From positions 12,028,001 through 12,092,000 of the forward strand of contig CM119383.1 of NCBI GenBank assembly GCA_051294905.1: a DNA stretch of 64,000 nt, given 5' to 3'. The position numbers and the translations under genes are program-made. The notes beneath the pieces are model-generated. The model was not told the DNA's origin, made no database searches, and saw only the letters and a program-made list of their open reading frames with translations. Source of the DNA: Botryllus schlosseri (lineage: Eukaryota). Positions 23,888-37,282 of the stretch are shown here, in pieces. How positions within the stretch are numbered: the first letter of the stretch is position 1; every line of letters starts with the position of its first letter.

Positions 23888-26800
23888 ATGGCATCACTTC
23901 AAGGCATCGATCCAGCTTTGAAAGAATATTTAAAAGTTCATCAACTTCCAGAAGTGTACGAGGTACGGTATACGTGACAAAACTCCAACTGTAATATACT
24001 CGAATATCTAATACTGAGACTGAGAGTATAACAACGTCAACACCTAATGCTGTGTTGTTCCAGTGTCTTCTGACTGGCCTAATGATCACATGCCCTGATG
24101 ACCCATACAGATGGGTAGTGGAAAACATCAAAAGAATAAAAGACAAGGGATTGGACGGTATATCATGGTATGCACATGGTAACTTTAAATTGCTGCTGTA
24201 TAGATTATCAATCAATATGTACCCGGTAATACCCAGAGTGGAATCGGTGGCAGTGGCACGCGCAACGTCACGCGAGCATTTATATCTGATCACGCCGATT
24301 ATTGAATTATGTTGACGTCACAAAGCGGTACCAGATCCAGAATAAGGCGCTTGCGCTTTACAATGAAATCAAACAAGCGTGTCATTTGCGTAACAGCGAA
24401 TATACGGCGTAGCCCTAATCCGGCGTATACCAGGTCTATTTTAGCACATTGTGTCGTTTTATAAGCAATTCAGTATTAAATCAGAGCGAAAAATATTTCC
24501 GTCACGCGGATGAAATTTTCCAATCACGCGAGAAATCCGTCTGTCACGCACAACATGTTGTCGAAAACAACCACCGATTCTAGTCTGGGGTAATACATAC
24601 GGTATTGTGATACCGGTATCAGAAATCTGATAGCTGGCGACCTTAGCGCAAAATTCAATCAATTCAATCTATATATTAGAACAGCTTCTTTGAGGTACAG
24701 AACTTCAATATACAATTGAATAGTATATTCATATTAAAATGAACCCGAATATTTTCGCTCACACTTTCATTTGTGCGCCTTGGAGTCAACAAAAAGAGTT
24801 CGTGTATCATCTAAAAATAGTACATTGAACGTCCTCGTATTCGACATTTCGTGCTGGTGACGTCATATTTTGTGTTACGATTGTTGATATACGCTGTTCT
24901 TTCGAATTCTCTACTAGTTGCTGACGATTACCCCTGACGAGTGTCAGCCGAAAATATTCGGGTTCATTTTAATATGAATATACTATTCAATCTATATATT
25001 AACAATACAATGAGTTATGTTATGGTCGGGGCACTGTAACCACCCGTTCCCTTTGACTTTTATTCAGATGTTTTAACATGCATGCTTACTCGCAAATCCG
25101 GAGCGTGTTGATATGACCTATGTACCAAAAATAGGTTTAGGAAATAATAGTTTAAAGAGACTCTTGGCTGTACAGCTGCAATATATCGTCGAATAAAATA
25201 TTGATATTGAAATAAACCCGAATATTGTTGGCTGACACTTGTCAGTCTACTAGTGCATGGGGAATTCAAGAGAACTTTGCATAGTATATCAACAGTCATA
25301 TCACCGATTGAAAATAGAGGTTTAAAATTTGTTGCATTAAATATAGAGGTATGCTTTGTTGATATTTAATCTTCAGAGGATGAATCAAGGACGACTACAT
25401 TTATACTTTGTTGAAATGGAAAAACATCCTTGCCTGTTGCAGGGACTAGTTGGGTTAGGTTACAAAAGCACAATAGTTTATTCTTATGTTATATATGAAG
25501 CATTTACATATAGTAGCATGACATTATTGTGTGAGTTTCAGAATTCATGTATATTCCGCAGGGATATGTTTGTTCCCATGGACTGTAAGCCGAAGTTGAA
25601 GCAGATGGCCGAGAGCTATTTGGATGATATTTTCAAATTTTATGATCAGCTGAATGTGAGTAAATCGTCTAATGCTCTAGTCTAGTATTTTACCTCGTCG
25701 ACTGAACACATATGATCCTTACCCATATCCTATTTAGGAGAGGCCCACGGGAGTCAACACTAGCACAGGCCCCATTAACATAATACCTATTTATCATCAG
25801 GGCTCTAATGACTTGAGTCACAAATTTTCGTTGACTCGAGTCATTTTCTTAAAAATTGAAATGGACTCGACATCTAGGCCTACTCACATCATTGCGCGTG
25901 ACTAAACCCAATTCATTCATGTGACTCATGACATTCCTTATGACTTGATTCGAGTCTTTTGTATCAGAACCGATATACATAAAAATAAGGCCCATAAACT
26001 TTCTTTATCCGTTTGAATAAACATGTTACGAGTGAGAAAATTGAGTAGGCTATGTTATGAATATGAATCTTTTGATATTACCCAGTTTCAAAAAAGTCAG
26101 TTGAACCTGACTTGAACTCGATAATGGACTCAAGCGTCTACAATATGACTCGTACTCGACCCTTTGCTACCTCACTTGGACTCGGACTTGACACTGTGGT
26201 GAATTAAAAATGAGTTTGCATTCCTGTTCGTGGGTTTGGTAGGAATAGTGTGTTTTGTAAATGTGAGCTATGCATTCCCAAATTTGTGATTATAATTTCT
26301 CCTTTCTGTAAACATGACTTAGATTGCGCTAGTTCTCGATTTTACCTACCGCTATAATTGGTTACGGGTGAGAATCCAAACAAATGAGAAACGTGTTTCA
26401 CGACTTCATTTTACAGCCGACGCCAGATATGTTGAAAAAGGCATACATCCACTACTACAGGACGTTGCGAAAAGTCTGTTTCAAGGGATGGTTAAAGTTT
26501 TATCTTGATAAAAAGAATTACCGTAATACGATTCGGAACAAAGTAAAAGAAGCACGCGAGTAAGATGGTGATTGCTGTCATAATATTTAGTGACCATAAT
26601 CACTGATATGCTATGTATATTGTAGCATTAAATACTGATTAATACGCAATCTAGGATAGAGATAATATTTGTATCATATACATGGTCATTAATATTATAC
26701 TGCAACACTCAATATGCACGCCACGCACGGTTACGAGTACAAAAATCATGATTTATTGCCATCGTATATATGCTTTATTTGTCTGCATCGGCAGCTTTAT

Positions 26801-29800
26801 GATCACTGCTTTAAGATACAATTATAAATGAAAAAGAAAGTGACCAATGGTCACTGACCATTAACCATATTACTTCTAAGTTTTGTATTTTAAATATTTT
26901 GTTTCCTGATCAAGTGCTATTAAGATATTGTGTGTTTTCATTTTGAAGTTCTGTAATCAGGGCATCTTATTCATGTTATTTTTTTCGTTGTAGCTATCAC
27001 CGTAAAAGAATGATGAGAATATCATTTCAAAAGTGGAATGGATGGAAATGTTACGTGAAGAATCGCCAAACAAGTAGGTCTCTTTAACATTGTATTTTGC
27101 TCCTTGTGGTGAACACTAAAATCCAATATTTGATTCCTATATCACGGCACAGTCAACCGACATAAATATAGTCAGCGGTTCTATCATTATCATCCGTCCA
27201 AGACCAGAGGTGGTCAGATAAGTCATCGTGGTTACTCAAGAAGTAGAAGTAACGTCTTAGATTTCTACTCAAATACCAGTAGTACTGGAGATATTTCATG
27301 TAAATAACAAAGTTAGTGTTCTAGCAGGGTTGTAACCAAGTCACAAGGTTCCGAGTCACAAGTCAATCTCACTTTTATGGTTTTGACCTGAGTCAAGCCA
27401 AGTCAGTGAGTAGAGGGTCGAGTCCAAGTCATTGTGTTCACTGTTCAGTTTTGAGTTCAATCCGGTTCAACCCTATGGAATGGCTCGCATTTAAAATATC
27501 GTCATTTTCCTCAGTTCTAACAGTTTCCGGCCCTATTTTCCTAGTATCAGGACTGATAGACGAAATGCGGTGACTTTACCATTCTTCGATGTTAAAGAAA
27601 TGCCTCTTGGCCGTCCAGTACTCGAGTCATTTTACGCATTAGAAAAAATGACTCGAGTCAAGTTGAGTCACCAAAAAATCGTGACTCGAGTCATTACAAC
27701 CCCGTGTTCTAGACCTAGTTTTGCCTAAAAATCTAAAAACCGTTGAGTAGAAATGGATTTAGTCTAAAACATAATCACTTGGGTAAGTAGTGCAAGAAGG
27801 CTAAACCTACATGATTACTCGGAAAAAGTAGTATTACTTTGTTACTCACCACCTCTACTGTTACAACTGGCTTACTAGGTGTGTGCAGCCTTTACCAATC
27901 CCAAAATAATTAGAGGAATAGCAGATTTATTGCTGTGGCTTGACTAATGTCTATATTATTTTATGAGATTTCAATTTCGCTTTCCAGAGGGCTTCGATAT
28001 CATATCAAAAGTCTGGAACGAAAGCGTGTCTCGGACTGTGTTTAAAGCGTGGAGGTCAGTCGCTGTCGACGCGCGAAAGACAAGAGAATATTTCGAACGA
28101 TTGGAGAGAGGAGAATTGGATGAAGAATTCGGGGGAGACTACGGGGACCCAGACCTTCCATCTGAAACATTCCGGTATCAAAATTTTATTTTTTCTACAA
28201 ATTTGTTGTTTGTAATCAATCAATCGATGGTACTATTATGTTTATATTTTTATTTTTTCGGTCAAAAATAGCCAGTAGAAAAAAAAAATTTTGCAATCAT
28301 TATAGTCGTCTGCAGCCCGATTGAGTTCAGCTGACTAGCTACAGTGCACAGCGCTAGCGGTATGCGGCGGCTCACAATAGCAAAGATCCACACTATCGAA
28401 TATAAACAAATCTAACACATGAAAGCAGGAAAAATATGGTAAGTGTATTTCCAATAAGCGGAGAGTCGGAACCAGAGTTTGCGCTTCGGTGCTGTAAGTA
28501 AATGTTGTGCAGAACTAATCAAGGAGATAGGCTTTTGTAAGTACAGAACTTCACTATAGCAGCGAAAAAATATATTCATATTGCCAAATATATTCCACTC
28601 CAAGCTTTTCGACTGACTCTCATCAGGAGCGAACGTCAGTAAATCAGCTGAACCTAATTCAAAATATAGAAAGAATTTTGTCATTGTGATGTAATAATGA
28701 CAAATATACAGAGTCGCGAACGGCAATAAAATAGCCGTGTAACAACACAACAGAAATAAAATATTCCCAAAGTATAGATATGATAATGGTTGTGTAATAG
28801 CGATGGCCACATGTTGAATTTCTCTTTCAGGGATGAAGTGTCGCTGCTTCCAAGGAAATCTGCGATTCAAATCTTCAGCAACTTGAATCTGTTTGACTTG
28901 AGCAACTGCGCGAAAGTATGTCGGGCGTGGAAAGTCATCACAGGAGCTCCGTCGTTGTGGAGTCATCTGAATTTTAACAGGATTAAAAACAAGTGGGTAT
29001 TTTCTGCTGGCGGAATTTGGTGGCTTTGTGTCGGGAATAATCAGAGGTCGTCAGTGAAATAGTACTTTTACAGAGTATTCCAGTAAGGTTGGCTACAAAT
29101 TGTAAAAGTACACTGTAAAATGGGTTCTGGTACGTAGTTCAACCGTCACACCCATTCCAGATGGATCGTTTCATGTGGAGATTCCCTTTTTGCGTTTTCT
29201 TTAGGTGGTATAGGATAACAGAACCTATTGCACACCTGACAAATATCTCCATATTAAATGGTGCGTTTGGCTCATTTAGATCTGCTAAAAGGGGTGTGAA
29301 AGCAAAATCTGCTGATGACATTATTTGGGTCCTACAATAGGGTTGAAATTCCTTATCCAGGGGCATATGTACATCATGCACTCGATGGTATGCATATGCA
29401 GTATGCACAGATCGTGTGTATGTATATCATGAGTCAGTGTATATGCCACAAAAACACCAAGGACAAAAATATATAACATCCTATTCCTATGTATCACCAC
29501 AACTGCTTAAATGTAGAAGATTGCACCTATTCGTAGTGTCAACAGTTATTTTGCGTTAGTCCTTGAGGGGAATTCTTGCAACATTGAAAGTAGCCACCTC
29601 TGATGTCTTGGAAATAACTGCTTCTATTTGTAATTGTGTAGAAATTCATGCCATTACTTCCTTTTGAGTCGAACCTCTGATTTCTATAGCGGCCTTTACT
29701 AATGAATCCAATTCATTTGTCACAGGGTCAACGATCGGGCCATTATACAGTGTGTGTCAAAGAGCAGACCGTATTTGGTGCACCTTAATTTAAGGCAGTG

Positions 29801-32800
29801 CTATTCGATTCACTGGCCGGCATTTAAAGCCATTTCAGAATGCAGGAATCTTCAGGACTTGAATCTTTCCGAGTGCAAAGGAGTCAATGTGAGTGGAACG
29901 TAGACACTGCGCTCAAATTTGCGATGTTACAAGCGCAGGGACATTTTATGTCTCAAAACCTATTGTATAGGCTACTTCTAATCTAATAGAAAAGTCTAGT
30001 TTACATGTCTTATCTGTTTGAAATGTATTGGAATACTGGCTAGTTCAGAAATACAGTGAAAGCATCATGTTTGCAGGATGAAAATATCCGAGCGATTGCC
30101 GAAGGATGCCCTGTTTTGCTCTACTTGAATATCTCAAGAACAGAAATAACGGACGGATCGTTGAGAGTATTGGCAAGAAGTTGTCTGAACATGCAGTACC
30201 TAAGCCTGGCACACTGTGTCCGGTTCACAGACAGGTATCAAAAATATCAATTCGCAGCATGCCTGAAGGAGGACTCATTTCCATTTGTGTCTGATAATGA
30301 TGGCAGCCTGCAAATTTCACTTCTTGGAGAGAGTCTTTCATGTTTTTCAACTGGGCTTGTAACTAGGGCTGGGCAAAATCGAGTACCTGAGTGATTCGAT
30401 TCTGAATCACGTAAAATGCTTCGAGTCGAGTCGAGTATTCGAGTATCACTCATTATGACGTCACAACAGAATGTAGTATGTCAAAGTCCAAATATGAACC
30501 TTTTATGCCACCACGAAGACCATAATGCCTGTTATTCGTCACATTAACGATACGTCGGTATTTTTTCGTCCATACCGATTTCATTGCGCTTCTTGACAAT
30601 GTTGTGGGATGATCATGACTTCAGAAATGTGTTATTTCCAGTAACGTTCGTAGCTTTGTACTATGTCTCTTATGCTGCGACACGGCAAATCAAGGTTTCA
30701 AGGCTGCATCAGTGGAAAATAGTATCAGACCAATAATTCTCGTCAGCAAATTAACTTTCAGTTGCGAGGAGCGCATAATTTCAGTACTCGAAAAAATCGT
30801 ATTTTACTACTCGACTCGAATCATTAAAATTAATACTCGATTCAGATTCGAGTACTCGAATCATTGTGCCCAGCCCTACTTGTAACATGAAGTACTTCTG
30901 ACATGTCATGAATGATCTTGTAAAGTGCTACTTCTACTTGCAATTGAGCAGAAATTTGTGACTTTACTTCTACTTGAGTAGCAACGCTGAGTACTTCAGT
31001 CAGTTTGGTCTCTATTTTTCTATCTCAAATCTTCGATAATTTGTCAATAATAAAAACTTGATTATGATATTATAATGTGTGCTTCTTTTAGGGGATTGCA
31101 TTACCTCTCGTCCGGTAAAGGATGCAAGAAACTGACGTATCTTGACATGTCGGGATGCGTCCAAATTAGCTGTCAAGGTTATAAACACGTCGCGCATGGG
31201 TTCCCCGCTCTACAGTCGTTGCATCTGAACGACATGCTTTCGCTGGACGATAGCTGCTTGAATGTGAGTGACAATATTAATTCCAACCAACCAACCAATT
31301 AATTCCAAGTGTATCTTTTCTTATGAAGATCTGGACATGTCAGAATGCTTTCAAAGTGACTTGTTTCATATTCTCTGTATTTTTAGTCAGCAGTTCACAC
31401 AATGCAATCAGCTCTCACTTCCTTTGTTTGAAAAGTCGTTAATCAGTTAAACGAAATTCTCAGAAATTCTCCAGTATCATTTCATTAGGAGGAAGTCGAA
31501 ATGATTTGGTTAGGTCAACCAATGAATCACGCACACAGCCACCTTGGTATAAAATTATAGCTACTAAAAGTCGAATGCTGTGTTACAAAGAGCGATGTAC
31601 TGTACACTCAATGAGAAATAGCCTTCAATTATCTTCCATGCCGTCTCTGAAAGTCTTACTGCACCATCATTGCTCCTGCTAGTGACAGGTTTCCATATTT
31701 TAATTGATATAAGCTGGAATGTCTTTTCTCATTACGATGGATAATGATCTAATCACGGAATCAAACACATCAGGCTCTCATGAAATGATTTTTTTTTCAG
31801 CATATTGCAGAAAAATGCTCCGCAATCAAGACGCTGGTGCTGCTCGGTTCTCCAAACTTATCAGACGCTCCGTTCAAAACACTCGCCCAGTCGAAGAAGC
31901 TGCAAAAAATACGTATCGAGGGCAATCCGAAAATCACCGACAACACATTTAAAATGCTCGGAAAGTGTTGCTCACAGCTCAACCATATGTAAGTGTTTTT
32001 TTCACGCAGATCACTTTTATTCGTTTCCTTTTGTATAACATTGCAATATTTTAAATCATATTGAATTTTTATAGCAATATACTAAGTTTTGTTCTTCTAC
32101 ATTTACTCAGGGATATAGAGAGAGAGAGAGAGAGATATGATATTCTTTCTCGCCTGCACCATCGAGATGCTTTGGCGACGGAGTTGCGATACGGCCCCAT
32201 GAGGTCATCTAGTCTGCGCCCCCGTTTTTTTTCTCCTCCATGCTATCCGTGATTGCTGAGCGCCTAGCAGGATAGCTGCGGATACCATTTTTCGAGTCTT
32301 TGGTATGACCCGGCCGGGGATCGAACCCACGACCTACCGCTCGAGAAGCCGGACGCATAACCATTACACTATCTCGCTGGTATATAGATATCCCTGCAGT
32401 TGCCATCATTAATTTACGAGACATATTTATATTACATGGAATTATTGCTCTTCGATCCGTTAGACGTAATTTTTATCCCATTTAATTGTCGTGCTGTTCT
32501 CTATTCCGGTGGAGAATTATATTTTAATCTTGTTTACATTTTAACAAATTGTAGTTTTTACGTAACATACAGTATTCCTTTTTTGCTGCGACTTTTAATT
32601 TCTCTTGTTATTGACATAATTGGTATTTTAAAGTTGTAATTCATCCGCACATTGTCAAGCCAATTCAGTTGCAGACATGAGTATCATTTCATTTAGATCA
32701 AAAAACTACACTTATGAAATTCGGAACACATTCTTTTCTTGCCATTGCAAGTTATAACAATGTGCTAATTGTAGTTACACTTCTAGTTCATCAAGTTACC

Positions 32801-35800
32801 ATATGGTCACCAAAATCGGATATGTTCCGTTGCTAGGTTACATTCTGAAAGACTTCAGTACATGCTGATATCGATGATTACAACCCTGCATAGAAATTGG
32901 ATTGGTGCGAAATAATCATAACTTAGTCCGATGGTAATACGTCGATTGTTTCAGCTATGTTGTTGACTGCCAGCGTGTTACCGACATGATGCTGAAGGCA
33001 CTCGCGATATTGAGAAATATCGTTGTGATTAATGTGGCGGATTGCGTCCGCATCAGCGATTCGGGAGTGCGTCAAATGGTGGAAGGTCCTTCCGGACAGA
33101 AGATACGCGAAATGAATTTAACAAATTGCGTCAGAGTCAGTGACGTGTCATTACTTCGCATTGCACAAAAGTAAGCTCTTTGAATTATCGTATGCGCATT
33201 TCTCTTCAACTACGGGATTCACGCTTTTCTGATGGGTCGGAATGACTAAAATTGACTTGGCATCATCAATTTAAGAAACGAGATCTGTCTGCAAGTAGCG
33301 AATAGTAGAATGAATTAGGGAAAACAGCATAGGCCTAGTACACAAACTGCTTATTGCTGGACATGGTGATTCATATCTAAGTAAGTCAGTCAGATTTATT
33401 TTCTCAATAAAGCCATGGCACTGAATAATAAAGCGAAACATGAAATTGTGTATAATAATATCTGTAGCAATGGACAAGGTTATGCCAAAGGGACTGGTTA
33501 CGGTTAGTCATTAAGTCAGACGCAGCCTTTAGAACGTAGAAACTCAAATTTTGTGAATTACTGTGCCTTACGATGAAAATATCTTTACATGGAGCTGGGT
33601 TCTCATTAGTTTAATTTTTCCCATTACAGATGTCACGGGCTCACCCATTTAAGCCTCTGCTTTTGTGAACATGTGACTGACGCCGGCATTGAATTACTTG
33701 GCAGCATGAACGCGTTAACGAATCTTGACCTCTCTGGAACCAACATCCAGGATCAGGTAACCAATGTTTTAAGGTTTTTGCAAACTTTATGACTTGTAGC
33801 GCATAGCAGATCACTATCACTTCATAACTGTTTCTGGTGATAATTCGCCATAGCTAAGGTCTCATGAGACATAAATGATTGCAAATTTTGATAAAGAGAC
33901 CGGGTCAGAAGGATTAGGATGTGGTATTTAACCTAGTGTCACTGTTACACCAAGATTGTTGGGGTAATTAATGGCTGATAACCGGTAAACAAGCCTCTAC
34001 TAGAATATTCAATCAAGTTCTCACTACAGCTTAGACAAGTTTGGCTTCACAGATAAGAAATTGTTTTGCCTATATAGGTTACTTTTACCCAAACTAACCA
34101 GAAGCTCAGAAAATTGCTTGTATCCTAATGCTTTTCACATCAACGATAGTATGTAATTTTACAAATCAAATATCCGTTCATCTTCAGGGTCTCGCCGCAC
34201 TTGGAACGAACAGCAAGTTGAAATCGTTAACAATTTCGGAATGTTCATCGATCACAGATTTGGGTTTACAAAAGTTCTGTCAGCAAGTGAAAGAGTTGGA
34301 AGAATTAGACGTTTCCCATTGTATGACACTGACCGATACCGCGATGAAAAACCTGGCCTTTTGCTGCCGAATGTTGACCAGTTTGAACATCTCCGGATGC
34401 CCGCTTGTAAGTCAACTGGTCATATGTGCACTTTGAGTCTACTTAATCTGACTATTTAGTGTTTACACACTTGTCAATGCTTCTAGCTAAAGTGCTGGAG
34501 ACATTATTTACACGCTACTGTAAAGTGGGAATTAGTAGATAACATGATTTCGTTTAGTGTGTACTACTGTCTCAAGTGGTTGTTAGACTACTTCCACTTC
34601 TACTTGACTGATTCTTAAGTAAATAGAAAGTAGTTTGGGAATATATTTACATCACTCTGAGCGAAATTCTCATAACCAGGATAAGTCATTATATTTCCTA
34701 AGACTGAACCCTTTTGTAATGGTATTATTCGTTTTGCGTTAATCGCAAAGCTGCCCTTCGATTTGCCAGGGCTGTGGAGTCGGTAAATTTTACCACCGAC
34801 TCCTGAGTCTTTAAATTACAGACTCTGACAGTATTACCAATTTACTTCGAAAATTAAATACCACAGTGACGTTTAAACGACTATCATTTAACTATTAAAC
34901 TTACGCAAACATATGATTAACGATGGCATGCAAAATTGTTTCATTGTGGCACAGCTCGAGTTATTCACTGTGCAATTAACATGGAAGAATGCCTTTGCAA
35001 ATATCATTCCTTTTTTATATTTTATAACATGGACTCTCTAATATCCTAATATGTATGAAACCTTCGAACACGACATATATCCAATCCTGTATAATTAAAA
35101 TGTAGATAAAATATTCGAAGTGTAGCTCTTGTGCATGAGTCAGCAACTAGTACAGAGATGTAGCTTACTAATTTTCTCATTATGCACTATACTGAGTACA
35201 AGCACACATGCTCTCACTACTAACATTGGTCAAAAACGAAATTCAGGAAGTAGTGAAATAGTATATGTCTAGTCTACATGCACTTACTCAGTATTCAAGG
35301 ACTAGGACTTGCAGTCTTTCTTAATCATTTGTTTGACCCAAGCAGCTAAGCTACATTACAAATATTTTCAAATTTGTCAAGTGATAAGCATCGTTTGGTT
35401 ATATTTACATCAATTTTACAAACTCTGACTCCACAGCTCTGCGATTAACTGCTAAAAGTATACAAACCCTGGAACAAGTCAGCCCTCAAAATTATCGGGC
35501 TATAATCTGACATATCGACCTCCCCTATTGACACAGGCAGCATTCATTTTCCTTTCGTGTGATCCTTTCTTAAATCCAATGTGTATTCCTGTTATTTACA
35601 TGCTGTAGGCCAAGGTGGGTGTCCGATTATAAGACTTCTCCAAGTTGTTTCGGCACCCCAATATTGCGGTGCAACAATTTGATAAAAATTTAAATATAAT
35701 GGTGTTGATGATGAAGTCTACCTTTTGGAACCACCGACTCACATACTTTCACTGAAAGTAACTTTGGAAATCGGGACTTCTACTTGCAATTGAGTGGATA

Positions 35801-36387
35801 TTGACAACATTGCTTCTCGTAGTCTTGAGATATGTCTTCATCACTTTCGAAATTGTCATCATAACCACGTTAGTTAGTGAAATTGTCATTACAACTGGAC
35901 TGATATCAGCTGGGCTCTACTCCTATAGACAGTATAGTGTGTTACCATTGCACGATTGCACCCACTCAATTTGGTGAAACTTTCTTCCAGTTCACTGACC
36001 TCAGTATTCAATACCTGTCTGGCGTCTGCCACTACATCCACGTGCTAAACATATCCGGCTGCATCCACGTCAGCGACCGCGCGCTGCGTTATTTACGCAA
36101 AGGATGCACACAGCTGCACGTTTTAACGATGCTCTATTGCAAAAGTATCACAAAGTGAGTACGGAAAAAGGAGCCGTAGAAAGGTATCGATCGATAGTAT
36201 TGACGGGATGCTGTTTCTCAGAGCCATGGCGCACAAGTTCCGTTCCAAGGTCGACCGGTTGGAATACAACAGCGACGAAGTGCCCGCCTGGTTCAACTAC
36301 GCGGCTGCCCCGTCTTTACACGGCAAGAAACGGACGCCCAAATCCAACGAAGCTCCAAAATGGATCGAACTGGAAGAACAGGATTGA
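23888..36387 (+). CDS. FBXL13: F-box/LRR protein 13 (dynein regulatory complex subunit 6)
   Basis: Exons 23888-23962, 24064-24167, 25562-25655, 26417-26559, 26994-27073, 27988-28174, 28831-28992 (F-box), 29726-29888, 30077-30235, 31092-31263, 31801-31988, 32955-33170, 33630-33756, 34188-34406, 35991-36154 and 36222-36387. All phases are compatible; LRRs such as GCKKLTYLDMSGC and IREMNLTNCVRVSD match FBXL13. Confidence 0.92.
24696..24990 (+). mobile_element. Short Penelope-like insertion with inverted terminal repeat
   Basis: The inverted terminal segment is joined to the 3' end of the GIY-YIG ORF (matches 9880-9990 reversed), followed by the 3' UTR with a hammerhead. Confidence 0.78.
24930..24963 (+). 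ncRNA. Minimal type I hammerhead ribozyme (family A, intact)
   Basis: accc-ctgacga-g-tgtcagc-c-gaa-aatatt-c-gggt. Confidence 0.8.
27325..27704. mobile_element. hAT-type MITE (GACTCGAGTC family), nested in an agaggtggtcag-type MITE (about 27205-27857)
   Basis: TIRs cagggttgtaa / ttacaaccccg; perfect 8-bp TSD tgttctag. Confidence 0.85.
28597..28630 (-). ncRNA. Minimal hammerhead ribozyme family B, probably inactive copy
   Basis: Minus strand gcuc-CUGAUGA-G-agucagu-C-GAA-AAGCUU-G-gagu; G at the cleavage position. Confidence 0.55.
30364..30878. mobile_element. hAT-type MITE
   Basis: TIRs tagggctgggca / tgcccagcccta; perfect 8-bp TSD cttgtaac; tcgagta/gattcga subterminal repeats. Confidence 0.9.
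32116..32377 (-). mobile_element. tRNA-derived SINE (second copy)
   Basis: Reverse complement of 21876-22140 with few differences. Confidence 0.9.
34767..35441. mobile_element. hAT-type MITE
   Basis: TIRs cagggctgtggagtc / gactccacagctctg; partial TSD cgatttgc / cgattaac. Confidence 0.75.
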
Positions 36388-37282
36388 TTTTGCTCAAAAA
36401 CATCAGAGAATAGTCAAAAACATCGAGCCAGGCCAACGGAATTCCAGAAATTCCGTGTGACATTGCACATTCTATTTTTAACATATATGAATATATATGC
36501 ATTCGCTTTGATGTACAAAGATTTCCGATTAATCGACAACTACTCCAGAAACTGACTGGGTGTTTTATGCATCGTTTCGATTTTCTTAACCCTACATAGC
36601 TTTACGACAAGTGCCAACATTATTTCCTGTGATGCGAAAAGCGTTTTACATTTTGTCTGTTACTTTTGGTCTGTTGCAGTTCAACATGAGGGATGCCGGT
36701 GCTAGGTGAACTAGCTGTTCGAAGTCGTAGTAAATTCAACGTACAGTGTGAACGAGCTATATTGAGCAGAATTCCACATTCAAATAATGATCTGACGTTT
36801 GCTTTCACACATGTACAAGTTTACCGGTAAGGCTCCTCTCTTTTCACGGTATGACTACACGACTAGCCAATCGGATAGAATCGACAAGTGTTGGTATGTA
36901 AGAGAAATTTGTTACCAAATTTTGTCGAATTTCCCGAAAAAGGACTCACTAAAGTTTTTATCCGCCTGACTGATTTTCATATTATACTGCCAATTGAGGC
37001 AATTAACATGGCAGTTGTGGGCATGGCAAAGCTGTTTTGTCCATGATATACAATAGATACTGATGGAACTAACCATATTCAACGCGGAAAGGGAATCCGG
37101 TAAATAAAGGATTAGTATTGATCAGGTTAAATCATCAGGTTACTTTGATGACATTAAAATTGACTAGAAAAATTGTCTCCGAGTCAAGAGTCATGTCAAG
37201 TAATTTACAAAATAGACTCGAGCCATCCCAACACTGGTGTGAACTGAGAAATGCACCGTCGCATACCGTGGCAGTAGAATGG

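Noticed and set aside
23888-24167. RIIa/Dpy-30-like docking domain at the FBXL13 N-terminus as a novel fusion
   Set aside because: As far as I recall, this domain is already described for FBXL13 orthologs.
23742-24293. 183-aa minus-strand ORF
   Set aside because: It is antisense to FBXL13 exons 1-2 and has no recognisable motifs.
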